A stretch of 64,000 bases of DNA, from positions 108,252,001-108,316,000 of the forward strand of contig OX597815.1 in assembly GCA_951406725.2 (NCBI GenBank), in the 5' to 3' direction. The notes under the pieces are model-generated. The model was not told the origin of the DNA, ran no database searches, and saw nothing but the letters and a program-made list of their open reading frames with translations. The position numbers were made by a program, and so were the translations under genes. Every line of letters starts with the position of its first letter. The first letter of the stretch is position 1. Shown one piece after another: positions 27,051-38,976 of the stretch. Source of the stretch: Octopus vulgaris (lineage: Eukaryota).

Positions 27051-27960
27051 GTAATGTGGGCCACTCAGGTGGTACTGGCATCAACCATGCTTGAATAGTG
27101 CTTTTTATGTGCCACTGGCATGGGAGCCAATCAGGTGGCACTGGTAATGGTCATGCTCGAATGGTACTTTTTATGTGCACCCAGCACAGGTGCCAATCAG
27201 GCAGTATTGTCATCAGCCATGACAACGATTTCACTTACGTCAACAGGTCTTCGCAAGCATAGTTTATTGCCTGACTAGCAGTATCGCCCGGCGTTGCTCA
27301 GGTTTGTAAGGGAAATAACTATAAAGCATTTTTAGAGAGTTATAACCAAAAAATAGCAAAAAAATGGAAAAAAATGATGGTAAATTTTTTTTTGAGAGTT
27401 AAAAAAGGATGGAGTTGCGTCCCCTAGACAGTTTGTGGTTCGTGTTTCTGATTCTCGACCCCATGTCGAATTTATCGATTTTTTTCAGAACTGGGGAAAC
27501 TTTTCAAAATTTTGGCTGCGTTAGTTTTGAATTATGACATTGGGCTATGTGTGTGTCAAGTTTCATCAGAATCGGTTGAAAGCCGTGGTCAGGGTGAGGG
27601 TACAAGCAAACAGACACACAGAAACACGCACAGACAAACTGCCGTTTATATATAGAGAGATGATTGAAACCGATTATGCAACAGTGGCATCAGCCACGAC
27701 TATGATCTCACTTTGCTTGCTGGGTCTTCCCAAGCACAGCATATCTCCAAATATCGAAGTCACTTGTCATCCCCTTGGTGAGGCCCAACGTTCAAAGGTC
27801 ATGCTTCACCACCTCATCCCAGGTCTTCCTGGGTCTACCTCTTCCGCAGGTTCCCTCTACTGCTAGGGTGTGACACTTTTTCACACAGCTGTCCTCATTC
27901 ATATGCAACACATGACCATACAAGTGCAGTTGTTTCTCTTATGCACTACATCTGAGGCTT

Positions 27961-27965
<5 letters not shown>
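27050..27965 (-). mobile_element. 3' end of an RTE LINE, split by a Helitron
   Basis: LYGHVLHMNEDSCVKKC..VEGTCGRGRPRKTWDEVV at 27810-27960; the 3' UTR continues to ~27050. Confidence 0.8.
27275..27660 (-). mobile_element. Non-autonomous Helitron
   Basis: Minus strand A|TCTCTCTATATATAAACGG ... GAGCAACGCCGGGCGATACTGCTAG|T; the 3' ~120 bp are shared with 16727-17362. Confidence 0.88.
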
Positions 27966-28014
<49 letters not shown>

Positions 28015-28053
28015 TAAATATATGAAACCAATATATATATATGTGAAGCACAC

Positions 28054-28121
<68 letters not shown>

Positions 28122-28124
<3 letters not shown>

Positions 28125-28456
28125 GGTGCATGGCTCAGTGGTTAGAGCGTCAATCTTATGAACGTGAGGTTGTGAGTTTGAATCCCGGACGGAGCTGCGT
28201 GTTGTGTTCTTGAGCAAGACACTTTATTTCATGTTGCTCCAGTTCACTCAGCTGTAGAAATGAGCTGCAATGTCACTGATGCCAAGCTGTATCGGCCGTT
28301 GCCTTTCTTTGGATAAAATCAGTGGCATGGAGAGGGGAGGCTGGTATGCATGGGCGACTGGCGGTCTTCCATAAAATAACTTTACCCAGATTTGTGCCTT
28401 GAAGGGTAACTTTCTAGATGCAATCTCATGGTCATTCGTGACCGAAAGGGGTCTCC
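28122..28456 (+). mobile_element. tRNA-derived CORE-like SINE
   Basis: A box TGGCTCAGTGGTTAGAGC, B box GAGTTTGAATCCC, then TTCTTGAGCAAGACACTTTA; related copies at ~40222(+) and ~44230-44408(-). Confidence 0.8.
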
Positions 28457-28564
28457 AATATATATATATATATATACTTCGTTTTTGCTTCTGGTTTGCA
28501 AGATCCTTTATGTGAATTTGTGTGTTGAGACAATATTGGCATAATGACTCTCCCTAGACACAAC

Positions 28565-28605
<41 letters not shown>

Positions 28606-28609
<4 letters not shown>

Positions 28610-29890
28610 GTTAGTGCAAAAGTAATGGCTGATGCTTAAGAAAACAGTTTTAGATAGTAAAAATGCTAGCTCTAAAATCTGACAAGTAATATTTGTAGCC
28701 ACTTCAACATGGCTATCCATTCAAATTGAAGTGGCTACGATATTACTTATCAGTTTTAGAAAGTACTTTCTAAAATTGTTCCTCTTGCAAAGTTTTAAGT
28801 ATGTCACAATGAGTAATTTATACATTTTTTTTCAGATTCTGATTGCATTGGCCATAATCTTCTGCTGTATTCACACCTATGTTCATCCCATCTAAAGATC
28901 ACATTTGACATGTCTTACTCTATGAGTTTCATAAAGGTGTCAATGCAAGCACAGCAGCAAAGTCTCTTGAGAGAATTTATAGGAATGATATAGTGAGTGA
29001 AAGAAGTTGCAGGAGATGGTTTTCTCACTTCAGAAGTGGGGATTTGAGTTTGAATGATGAGCCAAAAAACGATCGTTCAAAACAACTTGATTCTGAAGAA
29101 TTGGAAACTGTCGTCACAGAAAATCCAATCACTGTTTGTAGAGAACTTGCAGAACAGTTAAACGTAGACCATACAACTGTTCTACACCAGCCGAAAAGGA
29201 TTGGAAAGGTTTCATTGGTTGGAAAATGGGTACCACATCAACTGTCTCCAGAGAATCTGCAACAGCATGTTGTTTGTTGTCAGTCATTGCTTTCATGACA
29301 CCTTAAGGAACTAATTTTAGGAAGGCTTGTTACAGGTGATGAAAAGTGGATCCTTTATCATAATGCTAAATGCTGCCAGTTGTCAATCGATCAAGGAAGA
29401 AGACCTACCTGTTCAATAATCAAAAGGAGGACTTCATCTAAGGAAGATCATGTATGTCTGTATGGTGGGATATTGAAGGAATTGTCCATGACAACAATCA
29501 AACAATTCCTGCCGATCTTTACTGAGATCAACATCATCATTTGAAAGATGCTTTGAACAGAAAGCGCCCCTGCTTAGTCAAAAGAAAGGGTGTCATCTTT
29601 CACCATCATAACGCTCATCCTCACGCAGCTTGACATTGCTCCTTCTGATTATCACTTGTTTCGGGGATTACAGAACCATTCGAATGGTCTTAGGTTGACA
29701 TCAATGAGTTGGATTCATATTTTGTATCAAAACCTAAGCAATTTTAAAAGCATAGCATTTATAAGCTTGTTGACAGATGCAATGAAGTTCTAGAAAGCAA
29801 TGGAAATTCTGTTAAATAAATATTGTCTTAATCATAGGCTTTTTCACTTTTAATAGAGACCTTAAAATCAGCTATTACCTTTGCACCATC

Positions 29891-29894
<4 letters not shown>
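28606..29894 (+). mobile_element. Full-length decayed mariner (DD34D) transposon
   Basis: TIRs TCAGG.T.GTGCAAA.GTAAT.GCTGAT flanked by TA; motifs WVPHQL, VTGDEKW and DIAPSDYHLF. Confidence 0.92.
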
Positions 29895-29934
<40 letters not shown>

Positions 29935-30071
29935 TATTAGAGACAAAACCACTATTTTGCAAAACAAACAAGGAAAGACTTAATCAATACATAAAATTTT
30001 AATAAATAGTCAAAAAAACCGCCACTACAATCGTTATATATATATATATATATATGTATATGTATATATAT

Positions 30072-30135
<64 letters not shown>

Positions 30136-30174
30136 GTTTATATATATATATATGTGTATACATACATACATACA

Positions 30175-30210
<36 letters not shown>

Positions 30211-30649
30211 TATATGTATGTTTTGAAGCCTCAATTTTCTGTTGCTGGATTTTCTGCATGTTTTAGGCTAATCTTTCTATGTATGTTAGCTATTGTGCAT
30301 TAGAGACTATGTTCTTAGCCAGGTATTTAGTCATGGCTTCTGGCACCCAGCTTGAATTTGAACACTGTACAAAGAGGTAGAGCAAATAACACAAAACACT
30401 GTATCAAATGCTCTAATCCTGCCAATTTACCTCCTATTCCATATAAAGATACATTCATACATACACACAGTCACACACACACCCATATAATCATCATTCT
30501 TTCACCATCTACTTTTTCTTGCTTGCATGGGTCAGATAGTTTATTGAGGCCGATTTTCTATGGCCATATGCCTTTCCTGTTGCTAATCCTCATCTGTTTC
30601 CAATCAAAGTAATGTTTTTCTTTGGCCAGCCATGTTCTCATGAAATATT

Positions 30650-30860
30650 GGTTTCAAATTTTGGCACAAGGCCAGTAAGTTTGGGGAAGGGGGTAAGACA
30701 ATTTCATTAACCCCAGTGCTCAACTGGTACTTATTTTATTGACCCTGACAAGATGAAAAGCAAAGTCAATCTTGATGGAATTTGAACTCAGAACGTAATA
30801 ACAGATAAAGTGCCATTAAGCATTTTTGCCTGGAGTGCTAACGATTCAGCCAGCTTACCA
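30650..30860 (-). mobile_element. Meta-like SINE copy
   Basis: Reverse complement of the 1215-1428 family. Confidence 0.7.
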
Positions 30861-31436
30861 CTTTATTGGAAATCAATCATACTGCTTGTATGACAGTGAC
30901 TTCTCTCATCATTTACTACTCTCATCTGGTATCAAGACAAGGAGACTCAATCACGCACACACTTACACTCATATATGAGCACACATACACACCCACACAC
31001 ATATACATAATGACCATCCACTCATGACTGAGGAAACCATTATTGACCTTTAAGAACACTGTGCACTCAAGAGTACCTTATACTTTACACTTGAAGCTCT
31101 GTTGGTGACTAACAAGCCCAGCTTTGGCAATCATACATGACTGCAAACATTGCAGACCAAGCTTTCTCCATTCATTATTCTAGCAGTGTTTTCGAGTAGC
31201 ACTCTTCAATTCTTCATGAAGAATATGTGCGCTTTCAAAGGTATCGACTCCCTCCTTTACCTGTTTCTTCCATCTGTAGTAATGACAAGGACTGTTCTTC
31301 CAGTCAGCCTCCTGCATTTCACAGGCCTTTAATAGGGACTTTACACAGTCCTTAAATCGCAGTCTTGGCTTCTACACACATACGTACATACATACATGCA
31401 TACATACATACATACATACACACATACATACATACA

Positions 31437-31470
<34 letters not shown>

Positions 31471-32513
31471 AATACAAATATATATAAATTTAAAATAATA
31501 AGGGTGAAAAACTGAATATTAATTTGATTAATATCAATTTAAAACCAGTGGTCTAGCATATTGAAAAATCTGTATGTAATACAAATATATATATATATAT
31601 TTGTATTTATCTATGTATACACATACACACACACATATGTATACACATACTTACATACATGCACTCATGCAAATACAAAAGTTCTGTCACACACACATAT
31701 ATACACACAAGCACTCAGTAATCACATAACTAAAAAGAAACTTAACATGAATGTTATAAACAAACTTAACAGGAATGCATATGTGCTCATACAAAACTGT
31801 ATAGTTACATAGACACAAACACAGATGCACACACACGCACATGCATGCACATGCGCACACACACACATACATGCACACATGCAGAGTTCTACCAACCAAT
31901 ATCTACAAACAAATGTCAAACTAAAAAAAGAGAGAACATAGGTATAAACCGAAACTTAAAATGAATCACCTTGTAAAGCTGAAGGCTTTGCATATGTATA
32001 TAGACTTGTACACACATAATTCTGCTTTTTTTCTTTCTCTGTGGTAATATAATAATCATACTTAATTCCATGTAATTATAGAATAGTTAAATAATGAGAT
32101 CTTTTTTTACATTTGTTGCATCTGTTGTGTCTGTTACATTTAGAATCAGATTTTTTTTCACTACTTGCTTGTTTCCTCATATATTCATCATTAATAATGG
32201 GGCATCAACCAAATTCCACCAGGAAACTGCAGCTGAAAATGTAACAACTCTAAGATTTTGTATGATTTATAAATCAAAATCGTTTTCAGAAAATAACACT
32301 AGTTGGATAAGCAAGTGTGCAGAGACAAAGAGATAAAAGAAAAAAAAAAGGTAAAGAAGTAAAATCATAATATTCAACTTAACTAAAATTCAGTATCACC
32401 ATCATGAACATGAAACAAAATTGGTGATTGTGTTGTTAGTGAAGATGTTGGGATGTGTACATTGAGCGTTGAGACTTACTTATCTATGCTTTATATCATA
32501 TAGTGGTATATCT

Positions 32514-32912
32514 AAGGTGGCGAGCTGGCAGAAATGTTAGCACGCCGGGTCAAATGCTTAGCAGTATTTCGTCTGCTGCTACGTTCTGAGTTCAAATTCT
32601 GCCGAGGTCGACTTTGCTTTTCATCCTTTCAGGGTCGATAAATTAAGTACCAGATATGCACTGGGGTCGATGTAATCGATTTAATCCGTTTGTCTGTCCT
32701 TGATTGTCCTCTCTGTGTTTAGTTCCTTGTGGGTAGTAAAGAAATTGGTATTTTGTCTGTTGTTATGTTCTGTGTTCAAATTCTACCACGGTTAACTTTG
32801 CCTTTCATTCTTTCCGGGATCGATAAATTAAGTACCAGTTGTGTACTGTGGTCAATCTAATCGACTGCGCCCCTCCTCCAAAGTATCGTGCCTTGTGCTT
32901 AGAGTAGAAAAT
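32514..32912 (+). mobile_element. Dimeric Meta-like SINE
   Basis: Head plus central domain (32514-32745) followed by a second central domain (32746-32912). Confidence 0.8.
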
Positions 32913-33124
32913 ATAGCTGTATATCTGAGTGTTTGAAAAGTTTACTTCTCAATCATGAAGTATGGAGTTCAGTCCCGTGTACATTATCTCTTTTTCATTG
33001 GCTGTTTTCACGAGACCATATATAAACTGAATGTAGTGAATTGATAGAATTGTTAAAGGGTTGGCTAGAAAGCTTTGTGGTATCTGCATTCTGAGTTCAA
33101 ATCCTGCTGAGGTCAATTTTATTT

Positions 33125-33450
33125 TCAAAAGTGTGGAGTGGAGTGAAGCGTTTGAAGAGGCCAGGATAACACATGCAAAACTCAAGAGAGATTTAAGGAG
33201 GAATGTTACAATCGAGAAGTTGAATCACAATGACCTTTTTTGCATGCAAATTTTGTGACTGACCATGCTTTCTTTTACTGGGCTCAAATCTCATTTGCGA
33301 ACTCATGGAAAACGAACCTTCACCAACTATTCTGCCTGTATATCTGCACACCTTTCAATGCAATGTATGCCAAAATGTCTGAAAATCTAATGGAGGCCTC
33401 AAAAGTCATTTTAAGACCCACAAAGATTAGAACTTATCTGCAGCTCTTGG
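33125..33450 (+). mobile_element. C-terminal fragment of an RTE (BovB-like) LINE with C2H2 fingers
   Basis: EAFEEARITHAKLKR...CKFCD*PCFSFTGLKSHLRTH...CNVCQNV*KSNGGLKSHFKTH. Confidence 0.6.
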
Positions 33451-33589
33451 TGGTTCAAATTGAACATGCAATCTATGTAGGTGTCTTTTCAAAACATTTT
33501 CTTGTTTAAAAAGTCACATCAGATGCCATGATGGTTCTAAGGTGTAGGTACAGGAGGTGGTCAAACTCTGCATAAGGAGTAGACAACCA

Positions 33590-33643
<54 letters not shown>

Positions 33644-33644
33644 C

Positions 33645-34545
33645 AGTGTTGAGCCAGGAAGAAGCACCACTGATGCTATATTCCTGTTTTGACAACAGCA
33701 GGAGAAATACCTAGCTAAAGATAAACCCCTATACTCAGCTTTTGTGAACTTGGAAAAAGCCTTTGACAGGGTCCCTTGATCCTTTATCTGGTGGGTGACA
33801 TGGAAACTGGGGATTGACAAATGGTTAATAAGGGCTGCACAGGCCCTATACAGAGAGGCCATTAGTAAGTTTAGGATTGGCAATGAGTATAGTGAAGAAT
33901 TCCGGGTAGAAGTAATGGTCCACTAAGGATCAGCTCTCAGTCCCCTTTTATTCATCATAGTCCTCCAGGCAATAACAAAGGAATTCAAGACAGGTTGTCC
34001 CTGGAAGCTTCTCTATGCTGATGACCTGACCCTCATAGCAGAATCACTACCAGAACTAGAGAAGTAGTTTCAGCTGTGGAAGCAAGGTTTAGAGTCGATG
34101 TAGCAGAGACCAAAGTTCTCGTAAGTAGGAAGGCAAACTCATCACACACCCACTCAAGCAGGTGACCCTGCTCGATCTGAAGAAAAGGTGTAGGTAGACA
34201 CTCCATAAGATGTACCCAGTGTAAGCTATGGACGCATAAGAGTGCAACAACATCAAAGGAGAATTAACCAGGAAGATAGCGTTCATGTGTGGCAGATGCA
34301 CAGTGTCAATAAACACCACAGATGATCAGAAAATAGATTTCCTCACACTCCAGTGGGAGAAACTAGAAGTAGTCGATAGCTTCCGCTACCTAGGTGACCA
34401 AGTTAGTAATGGGGGTGGATGCTCTGAGAGTGTTACCATTAGAATAAGAGTAGCTTGGGCATAGTTTAGAAAGTTTCTACCCCTACTGGTGACAAAGGGC
34501 CTCTTGCCCTGAGTGAAAGGTATATTGTACAATGCATGTGTGTGG
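33645..34545 (+). mobile_element. RTE LINE reverse-transcriptase fragment with an internal Cys-rich insert
   Basis: PGRSTTDAIF, AFVNLEKAFDRVP, GSALSPLLF, LLYADDL, VDSFRYLG. Confidence 0.9.
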
Positions 34546-34633
34546 CTGTGCAGTAGATTTTGAAAAAGTTAGGATGTATAAATAAGGGGCACGTAGTTTG
34601 ATCACCCCGTGTGTATACGTTTAACCATAGGCA

Positions 34634-34709
34634 TTCTTGCTGAAGACGATTGCACCTGGTAGGTTCATTTACTCGCTAAACTAAAATCAGAAACCAATTG
34701 GTTCAGGAA
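34634..34709 (+). ncRNA. Type I hammerhead ribozyme candidate
   Basis: TTCTTG-CTGAAGA-(CGATT..AATCA)-GAAA-CC-AATT-GG-TT-CAGGAA: 6-bp stem I, palindromic stem III. Confidence 0.6.
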
Positions 34710-35119
34710 ACTAGATGGTAAAATGTTTTTATTTTTCATTTCGTTCCTGTTGAATTTTATCCCTAATTTTTGTGGTTATAGAACCTAGCTGTTCTTTCTA
34801 GCATGTTGAATCCTATGAGTGGATTCCTCATGTGTTTAAATATACACTTTATCTTATGATTAATACATAGTCTTTGGACTAAATTTTTACTCGCTGGACC
34901 ACTGGAAATGTAAATTTTAATTAATTTCCATTTCCCTTTGATATGATTATATATATATATGTATATATATCATCATCATCATTTAACGTCCGCTTTCTAA
35001 TGGGTTGGACGGTTTGACTGAGGACTGGTGAGCCAGAAGGCTGCACCAGGCTCAATCTGATCTGGCAAAGTTTCTACTGCTGGATGCCCTTCCTAATGCC
35101 AACCACTCTGAGAGTGTAG

Positions 35120-35405
35120 TGGGTGCTTTTACATGCTACTGGCATGAGGGCCAGTCAGGCGGTTCTGCAACGACCATGCTCAAAAGGTGTTCTTTACATG
35201 CTACCTGCACAGGAGCCAGTCTGGTGGCACTGGCAATGACCATGCTCGAATGTTGTTTTTCATATGCCACCGGCACATGTGCCAGTAAGGCAATGTTGGC
35301 AACATTCACGCTCAAATGGTGCTTTTTATAAGCCACTGGCATGGGAGCCAATCCGTGGCCCTGGCAACGATCATGCTCAGATGGGCTTTTAACATTCCAC
35401 TGGCA
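35120..35405 (-). repeat. ~65-bp tandem repeat in an RTE 3' UTR
   Basis: About 5 units starting GTGCTTTT/GTGTTCTTT at ~35123, 35186, 35251, 35319 and 35383; related units at 27055-27225. Confidence 0.7.
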
Positions 35406-36131
35406 AAGTTTATTGTCCAATGAATGAGGAGTATTCATAAGTATATATATATATATATATATATATACAGTGTACTTTTAAACACATAAGGAATCCACCT
35501 CATGGGATTCAACACACTAGAAAGAACTACTAGGTTCTATAACCACAAAATTAGGGATAAAATTCGACAGGAATGAAATGAGAAAAATAAAAACATTTTA
35601 CCATCTAGTTTCCTGAACCAATTGGTTTCTCATTTTAGTTAAGTAAATAAATAATATTTACTCACTAGGTGAAATCTTTCTCACAGATTAAATATATAAA
35701 CATGAGGTGATCAACTATGTGCCTCTTGTTTATACGTCCTAATTTTTCAAAATCTACTGTGCAGACGCAGCCCTTCGCCAGCAATAAAAAAAATGCCAAC
35801 TTTTAAAATCTGAAAATTATCCAAAAACTTACGATACCTAATCATATCAAAGGGAAATAGAGGTTAATAGAAATTTTCACTTCCAGTGGCCTAACGTGTA
35901 AAAATTTAGTCCAAAGACTATGTATTACTCATAAAATACAGTGTACATTTAAACACATAAAGTAAATTTTGTGGTTATAGAACCTAGCTGTTCTTTCTAG
36001 TGAGTGGATTCCTTATGTGTTCAAATGTACATTATATTTTATGAGTAATACATAGTCTTTGAACTAAATTTTTACACGTTAGGCCACTGGGAGTGAAAAT
36101 TTCTATTAATTTCCATTTCCCTTTGATATGA

Positions 36132-36170
<39 letters not shown>

Positions 36171-36291
36171 CAACAAAGGGTAAAATTAATTAATTAAGAA
36201 GTAATCAGTAATTTCACCAAGTAAAATTCAGCAGAATTCTAGTGCCTTCGAATTTAATTTGAATAATTTGAATAATTAATATTTCTGGAAT

Positions 36292-36377
36292 CCCACACTG
36301 ATGAGCCGAAAATGATTGGGTAAGGTATAGCTATTTATTCTTTATACCGATCTAATTCTGAAACACGCGTACGTGGG
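36292..36377 (+). ncRNA. Type I hammerhead ribozyme candidate with long stem II
   Basis: CCCAC-A-CTGATGA-G...T-GAAA-C-ACGC-G-TA-C-GTGGG; the internal GGTATA/TATACC and ATTGGGT/ATCTAAT segments pair. Confidence 0.6.
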
Positions 36378-36556
36378 TAACCTAATACTGATTGATTTTC
36401 GTTATTTTTCCCTTTTGCCTGCGTGGATTGTTTTCACGTACTTTGGTTTTTCTGGGAGCCCCTTTTAAAGTAGAAGGAATAGCTAAGATTTTTGTACTGC
36501 TATTTCTAATCTTTGGTATGTGGTGGAGCAAATCTCTGCTGAACCCTAATTATAAA

Positions 36557-36621
<65 letters not shown>

Positions 36622-37330
36622 AATCCAGGATAAGAGATTAGTGGAACTCCTAGAGTGTCAGGCAAGAAACCCTGTAGTATTTATCTCAATTCTTTGCATT
36701 CTGATAATAATGCTTACTGTGATGCTGGTGCTAAGCTTTATTGGCCCAAGTTGTTGGCCTTTCTTATCGATAAATATTGGTGGGATAGAAAGAGAAGACT
36801 TGCATGCATTGGCAACTGCCAGTCATCCTCAAAAATATTTTCCACAAACCTGTACTTACATGAGCAATGATTAACCTTAACCAGGTGGCAGACATACACA
36901 CACACACACACACACACACATACTGAGGTCTGGATTTTGGGGCAAGTATCTAGATCTAGGTTTGGTTTGGTGCATGATTTCAGTGTTTTTCTCGGTGGTT
37001 ATGAAAACCAAAGTTCTTTGTGGAAGCGAAGAAGCAGTCTGTGATTCTTTGAATATCTCCAAGGGTATGGAACTAAAAGTGTGACTCTAGTACCTCTGAT
37101 ACACATACACATCAGCAATAAGTTAGAAACTAGAATAGAAATTATTATTTCAAATTATAAAATAATACAATAAAAATGCCTTAGAAAAAAGTATGTTTTG
37201 ATAAACATGTCACTCAAATATTCAATCTGTTAAACATTTCAGCCTTTTTCTCCATATATTTCCTTCTTTTTGCATTTGATTTTTTAAAAAAATTAAATAA
37301 AAATATTCATTTCTATTGTTATTATTATTA

Positions 37331-37406
<76 letters not shown>

Positions 37407-37734
37407 CATCATCATTATTTATCTTCCTTTTCTCTTTTGGCTGAATGTAATGATATATTTGAAATGTAGTTCTGGAAAAAAATAGAAATTAAAAAAAACA
37501 AATTGATCAAGTCTTTCTGTAGAAAATAAATAAGTATACTTGAAGCAATACATATGAATACCTTAACAGTGATATATATATATATAAATATTATCATGTA
37601 TAAATATTTTGTTTTTGTACAGAAAATACACACACACATAGGTACATGCACCTACACATGTGTATGTGTGTGTATAAGCTGTCAGTTTGTTGTCCATAAT
37701 TCACAAAACAAAAGCACAGTTAAAATAGGGTGAA

Positions 37735-38115
37735 TTCTTTTATTCTTTCATTTGTTTAAGTCATTTGACTGCAACCATGCCTGAGCACCACCTTTAGTCG
37801 GACAAATCGAACCCAGGACTTATTCTTTGTAAGCCTAGTACTTATTCTAGAACCTCTTTTTGTTGAACTGCTAAGTTACGGAGACATAATCACACCAACA
37901 TCGATTGTCAAGTGGTGAAACAGGCACACATACATACATTCACACACATACACGACAGGCTTCTTTCAATTCCGTCAACCAAATCCACTCACAAAGCTTT
38001 GGTCAAACTGAGGCTATAGTAGAAGACACTTGCCCAAGGTTCCACACAGTGGGATTGAACCTGGAACCATGTGGGTAGCAAGCAAGCTACTTACCACACA
38101 ACCACTCATGCACCT
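37735..38115 (-). mobile_element. OK/OR-like SINE
   Basis: Reverse complement of the 59950-60375 family. Confidence 0.8.
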
Positions 38116-38475
38116 ACATTATTTCCTTGTCAAATAAAAAAAAAAAGGATGGCATATTGCTGGTCAGAACGATAACATTGCTTTTGCATCAGATGTTACA
38201 TGTCTAACATTTCTTCAAGCATGCTGACCAGAAGCACATAGTCTCTTTAGCAGTAGAAGTGCATACTCCTTAGATTCACTTGATAGTTGCAAAAGGATGG
38301 AAGATAATTTTTGTAGAATCGAACTGAGAGAAGTGAAAAAAAAAAAGTTAAAGAAAATGCAAAAACTGAAGAAAGTGGAAAATTTTTTCTCATGGTTTGG
38401 TGTTAATGTCAAACTGTGAAAACAGGAAAATAAAACCATAAGTTTTGAAAGATTTGTTAGAACAACTAGATGATG

Positions 38476-38676
<201 letters not shown>

Positions 38677-38829
38677 ATTACAAAATAACCAAATTTGATT
38701 GTTATTAATGGCAAACTTTTATTAGTGCTTTGAGGGAATATGGGCACACACACACACATACATACACACAAATATATATATACATTGATTGAATAAAAAC
38801 GTAGTGAGAACAGAGGGGCTTATTCCATT

Positions 38830-38976
38830 TGTTGATAGCTGTTTCGTAATCTGTGTCTAGTTATATCAGTGATGCTAAATTGACTAATGGACATATAAAT
38901 ATACATATAGGTGTACGTATATACACATAAATATGATTGTGCTGTTACATAATGAACAGATTACTCATCAGAATAT
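38830..38976 (-). ncRNA. Type I hammerhead ribozyme candidate with ~100-nt stem-II loop
   Basis: Minus strand: TATT-CTGATGA-GTAATCTGT-(loop)-ACAGATTAC-GAAAC-AGCT-ATC-AACA; perfect 9-bp stem II. Confidence 0.6.

Larger units (their letters stand above)
34546..36134. repeat. Rearranged cluster of a ~470-bp repeat unit in both orientations
   Basis: 34546-34850 is inverted relative to 35466-35765; TACAGTGTAC recurs at 35466 and 35937; 35839-35960 and 36012-36134 are inverted arms. Confidence 0.85.

Noticed and set aside
28122-28200. tRNA-like sequence
   Set aside because: It is the head of a SINE: it continues into the SINE body and lacks a complete cloverleaf
35120-35405. Regularly spaced repeats resembling a CRISPR array
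   Set aside because: Whole units are degenerate tandem copies with no unique spacers, in a eukaryotic LINE 3' UTR with no cas genes
36984-37064. Possible 81-nt plus-strand exon (tttcag...AAGG|gtatgg)
   Set aside because: No recognisable protein or partner exons; such signals arise by chance
38250-38323. Strong minus-strand acceptor (polyT..ctctcag)
   Set aside because: No convincing donor or frame linking it to the candidate start exon
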